Source: an uncultured Acidobacteriota bacterium
GTDB lineage: Bacteria; Acidobacteriota; Thermoanaerobaculia; UBA5066
Assembly: GCA_903845115.1 (NCBI GenBank)
Contig: CAIMWE010000025.1
Location: forward strand, 26,751-90,750
Length of the DNA: 64,000 nt
Reading direction: 5' to 3'
The translations under genes were made by a program, and so were the position numbers. Below, in pieces: positions 37,698 to 46,565 of the stretch. How positions within the stretch are numbered: position 1 is the stretch's first letter; each line of letters starts with the position of its first letter. A model generated the notes under the pieces. The model had not been told where the DNA came from, made no database searches, and worked only from the letters and a program-made list of their open reading frames with translations.

Positions 37698-38882
37698 TCA
37701 GCAGCCGCCGCCCTTCTTTGGAGCCGAAGCGGCTCCTGCCGTTGACTTGATCTGGATCTGGACCGGTTCCGGAACGCTCCGGACTCCGGTGAATCGCTGG
37801 TACAGGGCGGTCCTCATCCGGTACTCGGCCACGAGGACCGGCGTCGCCTCCGCGGGCGGGGCCGGCTTCACGAGGTAGGCCGCCTGGAACGCCTCGTAGC
37901 CTCCCCGGAGGAGGGCTATCTTTCCAGGGAACTTCGCGGCTCCCTTCGGAAGGGAGGTCAGCTCCTTCTGCCCGTAGAGGACGAGGGTCCGCCCCGCGGG
38001 GAGCTGTGCCAGGAGGTCGTCGCCCTTGGTCCCCGCCGGCAGCGCGATGGCCCCCGGGATACGGTCCTTGGCCGCCACGGCCTCGCCGCGGACGTCGACC
38101 AGCCAGAAGCTCTCGGGAGCGGTGACGACCTCCTCGGCGAGGGCCGCGGCACCGATCTGATCGACCGGCCTGGCCGTCGCCACGGGCGGCGCCTTCGGGA
38201 GGAACGCGAAGACGAGGGAGACCGCCACGGTCGCGCCCAGGCCGCTGAAGACAGCGTTGCGGGTCTTCGGGTTCGCCTGCGGGACCGGGTCCCCGGTCTT
38301 CTTGCAGAAGATCGCCTCGACCTTCTCGGCCCCGATGAACGCTCCGATCGCCATCGCGACGACCCCGGCCGCCACGACCGCGGACGGCACGCCCAGCACG
38401 CCGGGGAGGGTGAGAACTCCCATCGCGCCGCTCAGATAGAACTTCTCGATCGGGCCGTAGAAGGCGCCGAAGAGAAGGCTCCCGCCCATCATCCCGCCGA
38501 TCGTCAGGAGCGCGTCGACGTTGCCGGACGCCGTGGCGACGACCCCGGTCCCCGGACAGTAGCCCGAGACGATGAAGCCGATCCCGAAGAGGAACCCGCC
38601 GACGATCTGCGGCCCGAGGAAGGTCTCGGGGATCGTCACCAGCGACAGGTCGAGGAGGCCGGTCGCCGCGAGGAGCGCCATCCCGGCGGCGCAGGTCGCG
38701 ACGGCCGAGAACATCACCTTCAGGACCCGCATGTTCGTCAGGTAGAACTGCGCCGTCAGGATCCGGGCGCTCCCGAAGCCGCCGCGCTCGAGCGTGAAGC
38801 CGAACGCGATGCCGACGAGCGTCCCGACGACGTAGCCGGTGTAGCCGCCGAAGAGGTCGTGGCCGAAGAGAGGGAACGTCAT
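37698..38882 (-). CDS. YeeE/YedE-family sulfur-compound transporter half fused to a C-terminal Cys-less rhodanese-like domain; ends -KKGGGC
   Basis: YeeE/YedE CPG motif (IVSGYCPGTG) in a 4-5 TM region. The C-terminal domain has the rhodanese fold pattern (FWLVDVRGEA...IPGAIALP...LVLYGQKELTS...LLRGGYEAF), with the catalytic Cys position occupied by Gly. The terminal tetrapeptide is GGGC. Confidence 0.65.
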   Translation of the reverse strand: MTFPLFGHDLFGGYTGYVVGTLVGIAFGFTLERGGFGSARILTAQFYLTNMRVLKVMFSAVATCAAGMALLAATGLLDLSLVTIPETFLGPQIVGGFLFGIGFIVSGYCPGTGVVATASGNVDALLTIGGMMGGSLLFGAFYGPIEKFYLSGAMGVLTLPGVLGVPSAVVAAGVVAMAIGAFIGAEKVEAIFCKKTGDPVPQANPKTRNAVFSGLGATVAVSLVFAFLPKAPPVATARPVDQIGAAALAEEVVTAPESFWLVDVRGEAVAAKDRIPGAIALPAGTKGDDLLAQLPAGRTLVLYGQKELTSLPKGAAKFPGKIALLRGGYEAFQAAYLVKPAPPAEATPVLVAEYRMRTALYQRFTGVRSVPEPVQIQIKSTAGAASAPKKGGGC

Positions 38883-38886
38883 CGCC

Positions 38887-39414
38887 TCACCTCCACTGCT
38901 TCCGGAGAAGGGGCGCGAAGAGGTAGGCCCCGGCGAAGAACATCATCATGAAGATCCAGGAGCCGACCGAGAGGGCCGCCCCTCCCGTCAGCGCCTGCCC
39001 CGAGGCGCAGCCTCGCGCGAGGCGGGCGGCGACTCCCATCAGGACGCCCCCCAGCACGGCGAGGAGCAGTCTCTGTGTGCGGGCGATCCGCGGTCCCTTC
39101 TGGACGTTCAGCTTGAGCCTGCCCCCCGAATAGGCGGCCAGGAAGCCGCCCAGGAGGACGCCGAGGACCTCGAAGACCAGCCAGTCGTCGAGGATCTTCT
39201 TCCCGGGACCGGCGTACGGCGCGAAGTAGGCGTTCGTCTCGACGGCGTGCGGCGCGACGCACCACGCGGCGCCGATCGCGAGGCGGTTCGTCGCTCCGGA
39301 GGCCCCGAGCCCGAACCCCATGACGAGGTACGAGGCGAGGAGGACGAGGCCGAGGACGGCCCCGGCGACGTAGGGGTTCCAGAGAGGGCGTTCGACCGGT
39401 TCGATCTGTTCCAT
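38887..39414 (-). CDS. YeeE/YedE-family transporter, small half (175 aa)
   Basis: Start at ATG 39414 (MEQIEPVERPLWNPYVAG...). Conserved ARGCASGQ motif. The upstream 196 codons of track ORF 38887..40005 are alternate-frame over psrC. Confidence 0.65.
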   Translation of the reverse strand: MEQIEPVERPLWNPYVAGAVLGLVLLASYLVMGFGLGASGATNRLAIGAAWCVAPHAVETNAYFAPYAGPGKKILDDWLVFEVLGVLLGGFLAAYSGGRLKLNVQKGPRIARTQRLLLAVLGGVLMGVAARLARGCASGQALTGGAALSVGSWIFMMMFFAGAYLFAPLLRKQWR

Positions 39415-39434
39415 CTGTTCTCTCTCCAGCGCCT

Positions 39435-40403
39435 TCAGGGGATCAGCCGGAACGCGGAATCCTGCCCCGCCGCCAGGAGGATGGCGCGGAGCGCCAGCCC
39501 TCCCACGAGGACCAGGGCGGGGGTGACCAGGGTGAACGGCAGGTGGCGCTTCGCCTCCACCGCCTCCATGAGGAGCGGCACGACGAGGCCGAGGACGACG
39601 ACGAGGGACCAGAACACGGGGGTGTACGGCCCGCCGAGGAAGTTGGAGGCCGCGAACCGCGCGCTCTCGGTCCCGTACCCGAAGCCGATCAACATCAGGA
39701 GAATCAGCACCAGCTCGGTCCCGATGGCGTTCACGTCCCAGCGGACGATCCGCTTCCGCTCCTCCTCGTGGAGGCCCGTGAGGAGGAGGAACGCCGCGCC
39801 GGTCGAGAGGCCCGACACCAGGAAGAGGGGCCCGAGGAGGGCGCTGTTCCACTGGAGGCGCGCCGCCATCGTCCCCAGGAGGAGGCCGGTGTAGACGCCG
39901 AGGCCGAGGCCGATGAAGAAGACCCCGGTCAGGATCTCGCGGCGGCGCTCGATCGCGTGCTTCTCGACCCGGTCGTACAGCCCTTCGAGGTTCTTCGGGA
40001 CCCACGACCGGACGAAGCTCCGGCCGGAGTCGTCGAGCGAGCCGAGGCCGAAGACGAAGGCGGCCGGGTAGACGGCCACCAGGATCCAGGATCCCCAGGA
40101 CATGGGCGAGGCGAGCTGGAAGCGCGTGTAGAAGCGCCAGACATGGAACGGGTACTCGAGGTCGAGGAAGAGCGCCCCCATGCCCAGGGAGAGGATCCCG
40201 AGGGCGACGAAGGGGGCGGTCCGGAAGATCGGCGAGGAGGGCTTTCCGTGCCGCAGCTCCAGGAGCGCCGACAGAGAGAGGATCCCGGCCACCATCCCTC
40301 CGAGGAAGAGATAGACCGTGATCTGCCAGCCCCAGATCGCGAGCCCCGGGTCGATCAGGTGGTTGGCGCGGGTGGTGACCGATTCGAGGAGTGTCGTGTT
40401 CAT
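39435..40403 (-). CDS. Polysulfide/thiosulfate reductase membrane anchor, NrfD/PsrC family
   Basis: Eight predicted TM helices, 322 aa, NrfD-family profile (WGWQITVYLFLGGMVAG...). Confidence 0.8.
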   Translation of the reverse strand: MNTTLLESVTTRANHLIDPGLAIWGWQITVYLFLGGMVAGILSLSALLELRHGKPSSPIFRTAPFVALGILSLGMGALFLDLEYPFHVWRFYTRFQLASPMSWGSWILVAVYPAAFVFGLGSLDDSGRSFVRSWVPKNLEGLYDRVEKHAIERRREILTGVFFIGLGLGVYTGLLLGTMAARLQWNSALLGPLFLVSGLSTGAAFLLLTGLHEEERKRIVRWDVNAIGTELVLILLMLIGFGYGTESARFAASNFLGGPYTPVFWSLVVVLGLVVPLLMEAVEAKRHLPFTLVTPALVLVGGLALRAILLAAGQDSAFRLIP

Positions 40404-40413
40404 CGCTGCCGCC

Positions 40414-40962
40414 TCACACCAGGAAGAAGACGTTCGGGTCGGCCCCCGACTCGGGGTGGTTCACCTTCGACTTCCGCTTCCTCAGGATCTGCGACACGGC
40501 GGACGCCGGGTCGTTGCGGTCGCCCAGGGTCAGCGTCCCCGTCGGGCAGACGCCGACGCAGGCCGGCTGCAGCCCCTTCTGGACCCGGTGGAGGCAGAAG
40601 GTGCACTTGTCGACGTACCCCTTCGGGTGGACGTACCGGGCGTCGTACGGGCAGCCCGCGATGCAGGCCTTGCAGCCCGTACACTTGCCGTGGGTCACCA
40701 GGACCACCCCCCCCTCGGCAATGTTGCTGGCGCCGGTCGGGCAGACCGAGACGCAGGGGGCGTCGGAGCAGTGGTTGCACCGTTCCGACCGGATCTCGGC
40801 CGAAAGGTCCGGGAACTCGCCGCGGACCTCCTCGACGATCCAGTCGCGGCAGAACCCGTCCGGCACGTCGTTCTCGCTCTTGCAGGCGAGGACGCACGCC
40901 TTGCACCCGACGCAGGTGCGCGTGTCGACGGTCATCGCGTAACGCTTCTTGCTCGCGCTCAT
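40414..40962 (-). CDS. 4Fe-4S ferredoxin-type electron-transfer subunit (PsrB/PhsB/DmsB family)
   Basis: CVGCKACVLAC, CNHCSDAPCVSVCP, CTGCKACIAGCP and CTFCLHR...CVGVCP motifs. Confidence 0.85.
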   Translation of the reverse strand: MSASKKRYAMTVDTRTCVGCKACVLACKSENDVPDGFCRDWIVEEVRGEFPDLSAEIRSERCNHCSDAPCVSVCPTGASNIAEGGVVLVTHGKCTGCKACIAGCPYDARYVHPKGYVDKCTFCLHRVQKGLQPACVGVCPTGTLTLGDRNDPASAVSQILRKRKSKVNHPESGADPNVFFLV

Positions 40963-40965
40963 CGC

Positions 40966-43179
40966 TCAGGCCCTCTCGACCGTGACGAAGTTGACGCTCA
41001 TCCCGGTCGACCCGGCCAGAGGGTCGACGGCGATCTTCGTGACGAGCCTGGAGTCGTCCATCCCTCGCCCCTTCGCGAACTTCAGCCCCGGGCTCGAATG
41101 GCCGTAGCCGTGGACGACGAAGACGCAGTCGTGACGGATCCGCTGGGTCGCCTTGAGCCGCACGGGCTCGGAGCGGACGCCGTCCTGGTTGACGAGAACC
41201 ACCCTGTCGCCGTTCGAGAGGCCCCTCTCCCGCGCGACCTTGGCGCTCAGCCAGACCTCGTTCTCGTTGGTGACCTCGGAGAGGAAGCGGTTGTTCGTCG
41301 TCCGCCCGAAGGTGTGCGTGGGGGTCCGGCCGAAGAGGAGCCGGAACTGTCCGTCGGCCGGCTGGGGATGCCGGGTGTATTCCGGCATCGGGGAGGCTCC
41401 GGCCTCGGCCATCCTCTTCGAGTAGAGCTCGATCTTCTTCGAGGGGGTGGCGAAGGTCAGCTCGAGGCCGTCCTCGGTGGTGACCGGGACTCTCTTCCCC
41501 CGGATGACTCCCTTGGCCTTCAGGAGGTCGAAGTCGTAACCGCCCTTCCGGAGCCGCGCCTCGACCATCTTCCCCGCGTCGTCCCAGGGGAAGTACGCCC
41601 CGAGCTCCATCCGGTTCGCGAGCTCCTTCGCGATCCACCAGCCCGGCTTGCTCTCGTAGAGCGGGTCGACGACCGGCTGCCGGATCGCGAGGAACGGCTC
41701 GCGCCAGGGGGTCGGCCCGGCGTCGTCCCACCGCTCGAGGTAAGTCGCCTCCGGGAGGACGACGTCGGCGTAGCCGGTGATCTCGGCCGGGAGGACGTCG
41801 ATGGCGACCATCAGGTCGAGGTGCTGGGCCGCCTCGATCACCTGCTGGCGCTGCGGGAGCGCCTGGATGAGGTTCGTGCCGTAGACGATCCACCCCTTGA
41901 TGGGACATCCGCTGGTCATGATCTTGCCGGGCACGGTCGCGTCGCAGACGCCGTGCGAGAGGACCTCGTCGGCGAACGGGTAGACCGTGCCGTCGGGGTG
42001 ATCCTGGGCCGTCTTCGGCGGCGCCGCGTAATCGGGACAGGGGTACTTCGGCACGGGCATCGAGGCGGGGATGAAGATCCCGCCGCGCCGGCCCCAGGAG
42101 CCCAGGAGCGCGTTGAGAATCGCGATGGCGCGCGACCTCTGGGTGTCGTCGCCGTACCAGGTCGTGTGCCGGCCGGGGTGGACGAGCGAGGCCGGGCGGG
42201 CCCCGGCGATGAAGCGGGCCGTCTCGACGATCTTCTCCGGCGGGATCGTCGTTTCTGTGAAGGCCCACTCCGGCGTCTTGTCCTCCAGGTGCTTCCTCAG
42301 CTCCGGGAGGCCGGTCGCGTACTTCTCGAGGTAGGCCGCGTCGTAGAGCTCCTCCTTCACGATCACGTGCATCCAGGCGAGGAGGAGGGCCAGGTCGGTG
42401 CCCGGCTTGATCGGGAGCCAGTGGCGGGCCTTCCCGGCGGCCGTGGAGAACCGGGGGTCGACGACGACCACCTCGGCCCCCTTCGCGATCGCCCTGGCGA
42501 AGTCCTGCACCTGGGTGTTGTGCATGTTCTCGCCCAGGTGCGACCCGATGAGCGTCAGGACCCTCGAGTTCTCGATGTCGAGGACCTCCGGGGAGCCGAG
42601 CGACGACCCGAAGGTGAGGTTGAAGCCGACCTCGCGGGGGCCGCGGCACTGGCCGTACGACGGGGCGGTCACGTTCCCGCTCCCGTAGGCGAAGAGGAGG
42701 TGCTTGAAGAACGACCCGCCGTAGCCGTGCGAGAAGAGGGCCACCTTGTCCGGCCCGCAGTCCCTCTTGATCTTCATCAGCTTTTCGGCCGTGAAGTCGA
42801 GGGCCTTCGCCCAGGAGACCTCCTCGAAGTCCTGCCCGCCCCGCTTGTTCGATCTCCGGAGGAGGGGCTTCTTCAGACGGTCGGGGTCGTACAGGAGGCC
42901 CATGCCGCCGGTCCCGCGCGGACAGAGGTGGCCCCGGGAGAGCGGGTGGTCGGGGTTGCCGACGATCTTCGTCACCCGGCCGTTCCGGACGTGGGCCAGG
43001 ACGCCGCACTTCCAGAAACAGAGCTCGCAGAACGTCGGGACGACCTTGTCACCGTCGGTGTTCGGGTCTTCCACCGCGTCCCGGTCGAGCCCCCAGAACT
43101 TGTTCACGAAGCCGGATCCGACGGTTGCGGCCCCGACGGTGGCTCCGGAGATCTTGATGAATTCGCGCCGGCTCGTCAT
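40966..43179 (-). CDS. Tat-exported molybdopterin oxidoreductase catalytic subunit, polysulfide/thiosulfate reductase (PsrA/PhsA) family
   Basis: GGAGGTGG RBS precedes ATG 43179. Tat signal MTSRREFIKISGATVGAATV and the N-terminal FeS motif CELCFWKCG. MopB domains are similar to the second paralog at 51157. Confidence 0.85.
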   Translation of the reverse strand: MTSRREFIKISGATVGAATVGSGFVNKFWGLDRDAVEDPNTDGDKVVPTFCELCFWKCGVLAHVRNGRVTKIVGNPDHPLSRGHLCPRGTGGMGLLYDPDRLKKPLLRRSNKRGGQDFEEVSWAKALDFTAEKLMKIKRDCGPDKVALFSHGYGGSFFKHLLFAYGSGNVTAPSYGQCRGPREVGFNLTFGSSLGSPEVLDIENSRVLTLIGSHLGENMHNTQVQDFARAIAKGAEVVVVDPRFSTAAGKARHWLPIKPGTDLALLLAWMHVIVKEELYDAAYLEKYATGLPELRKHLEDKTPEWAFTETTIPPEKIVETARFIAGARPASLVHPGRHTTWYGDDTQRSRAIAILNALLGSWGRRGGIFIPASMPVPKYPCPDYAAPPKTAQDHPDGTVYPFADEVLSHGVCDATVPGKIMTSGCPIKGWIVYGTNLIQALPQRQQVIEAAQHLDLMVAIDVLPAEITGYADVVLPEATYLERWDDAGPTPWREPFLAIRQPVVDPLYESKPGWWIAKELANRMELGAYFPWDDAGKMVEARLRKGGYDFDLLKAKGVIRGKRVPVTTEDGLELTFATPSKKIELYSKRMAEAGASPMPEYTRHPQPADGQFRLLFGRTPTHTFGRTTNNRFLSEVTNENEVWLSAKVARERGLSNGDRVVLVNQDGVRSEPVRLKATQRIRHDCVFVVHGYGHSSPGLKFAKGRGMDDSRLVTKIAVDPLAGSTGMSVNFVTVERA

Positions 43180-43224
43180 GCCCACCTCCAAGAGAAGACC
43201 CAGAATCGGTTCACGACTCTCCTC

Positions 43225-43240
43225 TTCAAGAAGCGGGCCA
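43225..43240 (-). promoter_or_regulatory. Sigma54-like -24/-12 motif TGGCCC-N5-TTGAA upstream of psrA (non-canonical -12)
   Basis: The reverse complement of 43225-43240 is TGGCCCGCTTCTTGAA, about 48 nt upstream of the psrA ATG. The same 16-mer pattern recurs upstream of the octaheme operon (48917-48934). GG-N10-GA rather than GG-N10-GC. Confidence 0.3.
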
Positions 43241-43436
43241 CCCACCAAACAACAGCTTTTCCCAACAAATCCGGTCGTATTGCCGGTTCACATTCCGCGC
43301 GGCTGAAACAACTCGTTTCGTCTGAAACATCGTGGTTCAGGCCGGGCCCTCCCGCTCGGTCCGACGCTCTCCGAGCCTCGCCTTCCGGTGCCGACAGCCC
43401 GGGATCCGCGTGTTCAGATGGATCGCGATCGTTATC

Positions 43437-44816
43437 ATGACCCGGATGCCCATCGCTCACTCGGTCGACGTTCCCGGCTGGTCCAACCTCGAGACCGTCT
43501 TCGAATCCCTCGGGAGAGTCCTGATCACGCTCGATGCCCAGTTCGAGATCATCCGCGTCAGCCGGAACCTGGACCAGCTCGCCGGGGCCGGCGCTTCGGC
43601 CACCGCGATCGGGCAACCGGTCGAGACACTGATCGGCGCCAGGCTCTTCGGCCCGTCCGACACGCTCCGGGAATCTCTCCGTCAGGGGCACCGCGTGGAA
43701 GGACGCCGAGGGGTCCTTCTCTGCGGTAGCGAAGACGCCCGCCTCGTCTCGATCACGACCGCCCCCGTCTCCGAGGTCGTCTACAACATGTGCGACCCGA
43801 GGGCCAGGTTCATCGTCGTCGTCAGGCCCGCCGAAGAGGACGACGTGATGCTCCAGAGCGCGCACGCCTCTCATGGCCTCGTCTCGAGGTCGCCACAGAT
43901 GCGCCGGATCATCCACGTGGTCGAGTCGCTCCACCACAGCGACGCGACCGTCCTGATCACCGGGGAGAGCGGCACGGGCAAGGAGGTGATCGCCCGGGCG
44001 ATCCACGCCCGATCGCCCCACAGCGCCGGTCCGTTCGTCGCCGTCAACTGCGCCGCCTTGCCGGGGGAGCTGCTGGAAACGGAGCTGTTCGGGCACGTCC
44101 GGGGCGCCTTCACGGGCGCTGTGAAGGACCGGATCGGCCGGGTCGAGATGGCCGCCGGGGGCACCCTCTTCCTCGACGAGGCCGCCGACATCCCGCTTCC
44201 GGTACAGGTGAAGCTCCTGCGGGTCCTCCAGGACCGAGTCTACGAGCGAGTGGGGGAAAGCACCTCCCGGCCGCTGAACGCCCGCGTGATCGCCGCGACC
44301 AACGGCGACCTCGCCGCGGCGATCCGTGAAGGCCGGTTGCGCGAGGACCTCTACTACCGGCTCAAGGTCGTCCCGATCCACGTCCCGCCGCTCCGGGAGC
44401 GGCCGGAGGACATCGAGACGATCGCCCAGCATCTCCTCGCCCGGATCGGCGGACGGGAGGGCCGGGCTCTCTGGCTCTCCGAGGACACGCTCGACCTGTT
44501 TCGCGGCTACCCGTGGCCCGGCAACATCCGGGAGATGGAGAACGTCCTGGAGTATGCCGTGGCTCTCTGCCGCGGTCAGACGATCCACGTGGACGACCTC
44601 CCTCCAGAGATTTGCTCCGCCCCGGCCAGCGCGGCTCCGGCTGCGCCGGTTCCGACCGAACCCGGCGAGGCCGCGCCCGGCTCTCCCGAAGCCCGCCTCA
44701 TCCAGGCGACCCTCGAGCGAAACCTCTGGAACCGATCCAGAGCCGCGAGAGAGCTCGGGATGAGCCGGAGCACCCTCTGGCGCAAGATGCGGGAGATGCG
44801 GATCGGGACTACCTGA
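43437..44816 (+). CDS. Sigma54-dependent transcriptional activator with N-terminal PAS/GAF-like sensor domain
   Basis: The N-terminal ~150-aa sensor domain is followed by the AAA+ core (TGESGTGKEVIARAIH; GAFTGA in FGHVRGAFTGAV) and the C-terminal HTH AARELGMSRSTLWRKM. It is divergent from the psrA operon. Confidence 0.8.
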   Translation: MTRMPIAHSVDVPGWSNLETVFESLGRVLITLDAQFEIIRVSRNLDQLAGAGASATAIGQPVETLIGARLFGPSDTLRESLRQGHRVEGRRGVLLCGSEDARLVSITTAPVSEVVYNMCDPRARFIVVVRPAEEDDVMLQSAHASHGLVSRSPQMRRIIHVVESLHHSDATVLITGESGTGKEVIARAIHARSPHSAGPFVAVNCAALPGELLETELFGHVRGAFTGAVKDRIGRVEMAAGGTLFLDEAADIPLPVQVKLLRVLQDRVYERVGESTSRPLNARVIAATNGDLAAAIREGRLREDLYYRLKVVPIHVPPLRERPEDIETIAQHLLARIGGREGRALWLSEDTLDLFRGYPWPGNIREMENVLEYAVALCRGQTIHVDDLPPEICSAPASAAPAAPVPTEPGEAAPGSPEARLIQATLERNLWNRSRAARELGMSRSTLWRKMREMRIGTT

Positions 44817-44833
44817 CCGCCAGGGAAGAGTGC

Positions 44834-46030
44834 TCAGCACCCGCCCTGGACCTTCTTTTCCACCTTGGGCTTCTTCGCTCCGCCCGCCTTGGCGGCCTGG
44901 ACCTGCTTTAGGATCTCGGTCTTCGCCCCTTCCCGGAATCGCCTCACGTCGCCGTCCCATCGGCTTCCGGTCGAGACGAAGGCGGTGGGGGCGAGGATCG
45001 TCCCGTTGAAGGCCGGGATTCCCCCCTCGAGGATGGCGAGGTTCTCGTAACCCAGCTTCTTGAGAAGGAAGTAGGCCGCGCGCTCCTGGCCCTCGCTATC
45101 ACCCACGATCAGCTTCTTCACGTGCCTTTGCGAGAGGGATGACGCGGCGTCCTTCCCCAGGAGCTCCGGCAGCGAGATGTTGACCGAGCCGGGAAGCGAG
45201 AGGACGGAGAAGGCTGCGGCACTCCTCACGTCGACGATCTTCAGGCGCGGCTCGTGGTCGACGATCCGGAAGGCGAGCTCGTCGGGGGTCATCCGGACCA
45301 CCGGGTTCGCCGGGATCGCAGCCTCCCTCGTGGCTCCTGACAACAGGCGGGTCCGGTAGTCGGGGATGAGGGCCAGGACGACCGCGAGCGCCACGAGGCC
45401 GGCTCCGAAAGAGACGTGCGTCCGGACCGGGAAGGTGAGGGAAGGCGCATGGGCCGGGTCCACCAGCTTCTCGACCTTCGCCGCCGCCGCGAAAGCCCCG
45501 ACGGCCGCCACGACGAGAAGAACGATGAAGAGCCCTTGCGAGATCCCGAGCGACGAGAAGACCTTGACCGGCCCGAGCGACGTGGAGTCGTTGAAGTGCT
45601 TCAGGAGCGGGTAGGCCTCGCCGAAGGCGAAGACCCCCACGACGCCGCCGAGGACGAAGAAGATCGCGTCGATCTTCCCGATCGCCGCCGCGCAGATGCT
45701 GGTCCCGGGGCAGTAGCCTCCGAGGATGAAGCCGAGTCCCATGATGATTCCGCCGACAGCGGCCGGGGCGAGCCACGTCGGGTTCACGAAGATCGCATCC
45801 GTGTCGAGCCACCCCGCCGAGCCGAGGATCAGGACGCCGGCCATCGCCGTGAGGGCCGCGGTGAAGAAGACGCGCAGGACGGTGAAGTCGTATCCGTAGA
45901 AGAGGCCGGCGAGCCGCCGGGACGACGAGAAGCCCGCCTGCTCGAGGACGAAGCCGAAACCGACCCCGAGGACGAGCGCGACGACCAGGTTGAGCTGGTC
46001 GGAGATCAGGTCCGGTGCGAAAGGCGCCAT
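44834..46030 (-). CDS. YeeE/YedE half fused to Cys-less rhodanese-like domain; ends -KKVQGGC (paralog of 37698..38882)
   Basis: ILGGYCPGTS motif. The C-terminal rhodanese-like domain (RIVDHEPRLKIVDVRSAAAF...LIVGDSEGQERAAYFLLKKLGYENLAILEGGIPAF) has no catalytic Cys. The C-terminal tripeptide is GGC. Confidence 0.65.
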   Translation of the reverse strand: MAPFAPDLISDQLNLVVALVLGVGFGFVLEQAGFSSSRRLAGLFYGYDFTVLRVFFTAALTAMAGVLILGSAGWLDTDAIFVNPTWLAPAAVGGIIMGLGFILGGYCPGTSICAAAIGKIDAIFFVLGGVVGVFAFGEAYPLLKHFNDSTSLGPVKVFSSLGISQGLFIVLLVVAAVGAFAAAAKVEKLVDPAHAPSLTFPVRTHVSFGAGLVALAVVLALIPDYRTRLLSGATREAAIPANPVVRMTPDELAFRIVDHEPRLKIVDVRSAAAFSVLSLPGSVNISLPELLGKDAASSLSQRHVKKLIVGDSEGQERAAYFLLKKLGYENLAILEGGIPAFNGTILAPTAFVSTGSRWDGDVRRFREGAKTEILKQVQAAKAGGAKKPKVEKKVQGGC

Positions 46031-46034
46031 GGCG

Positions 46035-46565
46035 TCACTTCCCCTGCTTCTGGGCGATCCAGAGCCCGCGAGCCAGATACGCGAACAGGTACCCGGACCC
46101 GAAGATCGCCATCATCGTGACGAACCCGGCGGTCGAGAGGACCGCCATGCCGCTGAGGGCCGCGCCGCTCGTGCAACCCCGCGCGAGCTGCGCGCCGATC
46201 CCGAAGAGGGCGCCCCCGAGAATCGCGAAGAGCCACCGGGTCTTCGTGGCGACCCGGGGCCCGGCCTCGGTCGTCCAGCGGAGGCGGTCGGAGACCAGGC
46301 CGGAGGCGAAGGCCCCGATCAGGACGCCGGCCACCTCGAAGACGAGCCAGCCCTTGAGCGGGCTCTCCTTCCCCGCACCGACGTACTGACTGTAGAAGGG
46401 CGAGCGGGCCGCGTGCGCCGGGGCGACGGCGTCGACGGCTGCCACCACCACGTTCTTCACCGCGCCGCTGGCCCCCAGGCCGCGCCCGGTGACGAAAATC
46501 GTCGCGAGGAGGACGAGGCCGAGGAGGAACCCGGCCAGGTAGGGGTTCATCACCTTGTTGTTCAT
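46035..46565 (-). CDS. YeeE/YedE-family transporter, small half (paralog of 38887..39414)
   Basis: Start at ATG 46565 (MNNKVMNPYLAGFLLG...), with the ARGCTSGAALSG motif. The upstream part of track ORF 46035..47024 is alternate-frame. Confidence 0.65.
   Translation of the reverse strand: MNNKVMNPYLAGFLLGLVLLATIFVTGRGLGASGAVKNVVVAAVDAVAPAHAARSPFYSQYVGAGKESPLKGWLVFEVAGVLIGAFASGLVSDRLRWTTEAGPRVATKTRWLFAILGGALFGIGAQLARGCTSGAALSGMAVLSTAGFVTMMAIFGSGYLFAYLARGLWIAQKQGK

Noticed and set aside
38887-40005. 372-aa ORF spanning the psrC region
   Set aside because: Only the last 175 codons (from ATG 39414) encode a YeeE/YedE half. The N-terminal part is out-of-frame read-through across the NrfD/PsrC gene on the same strand.
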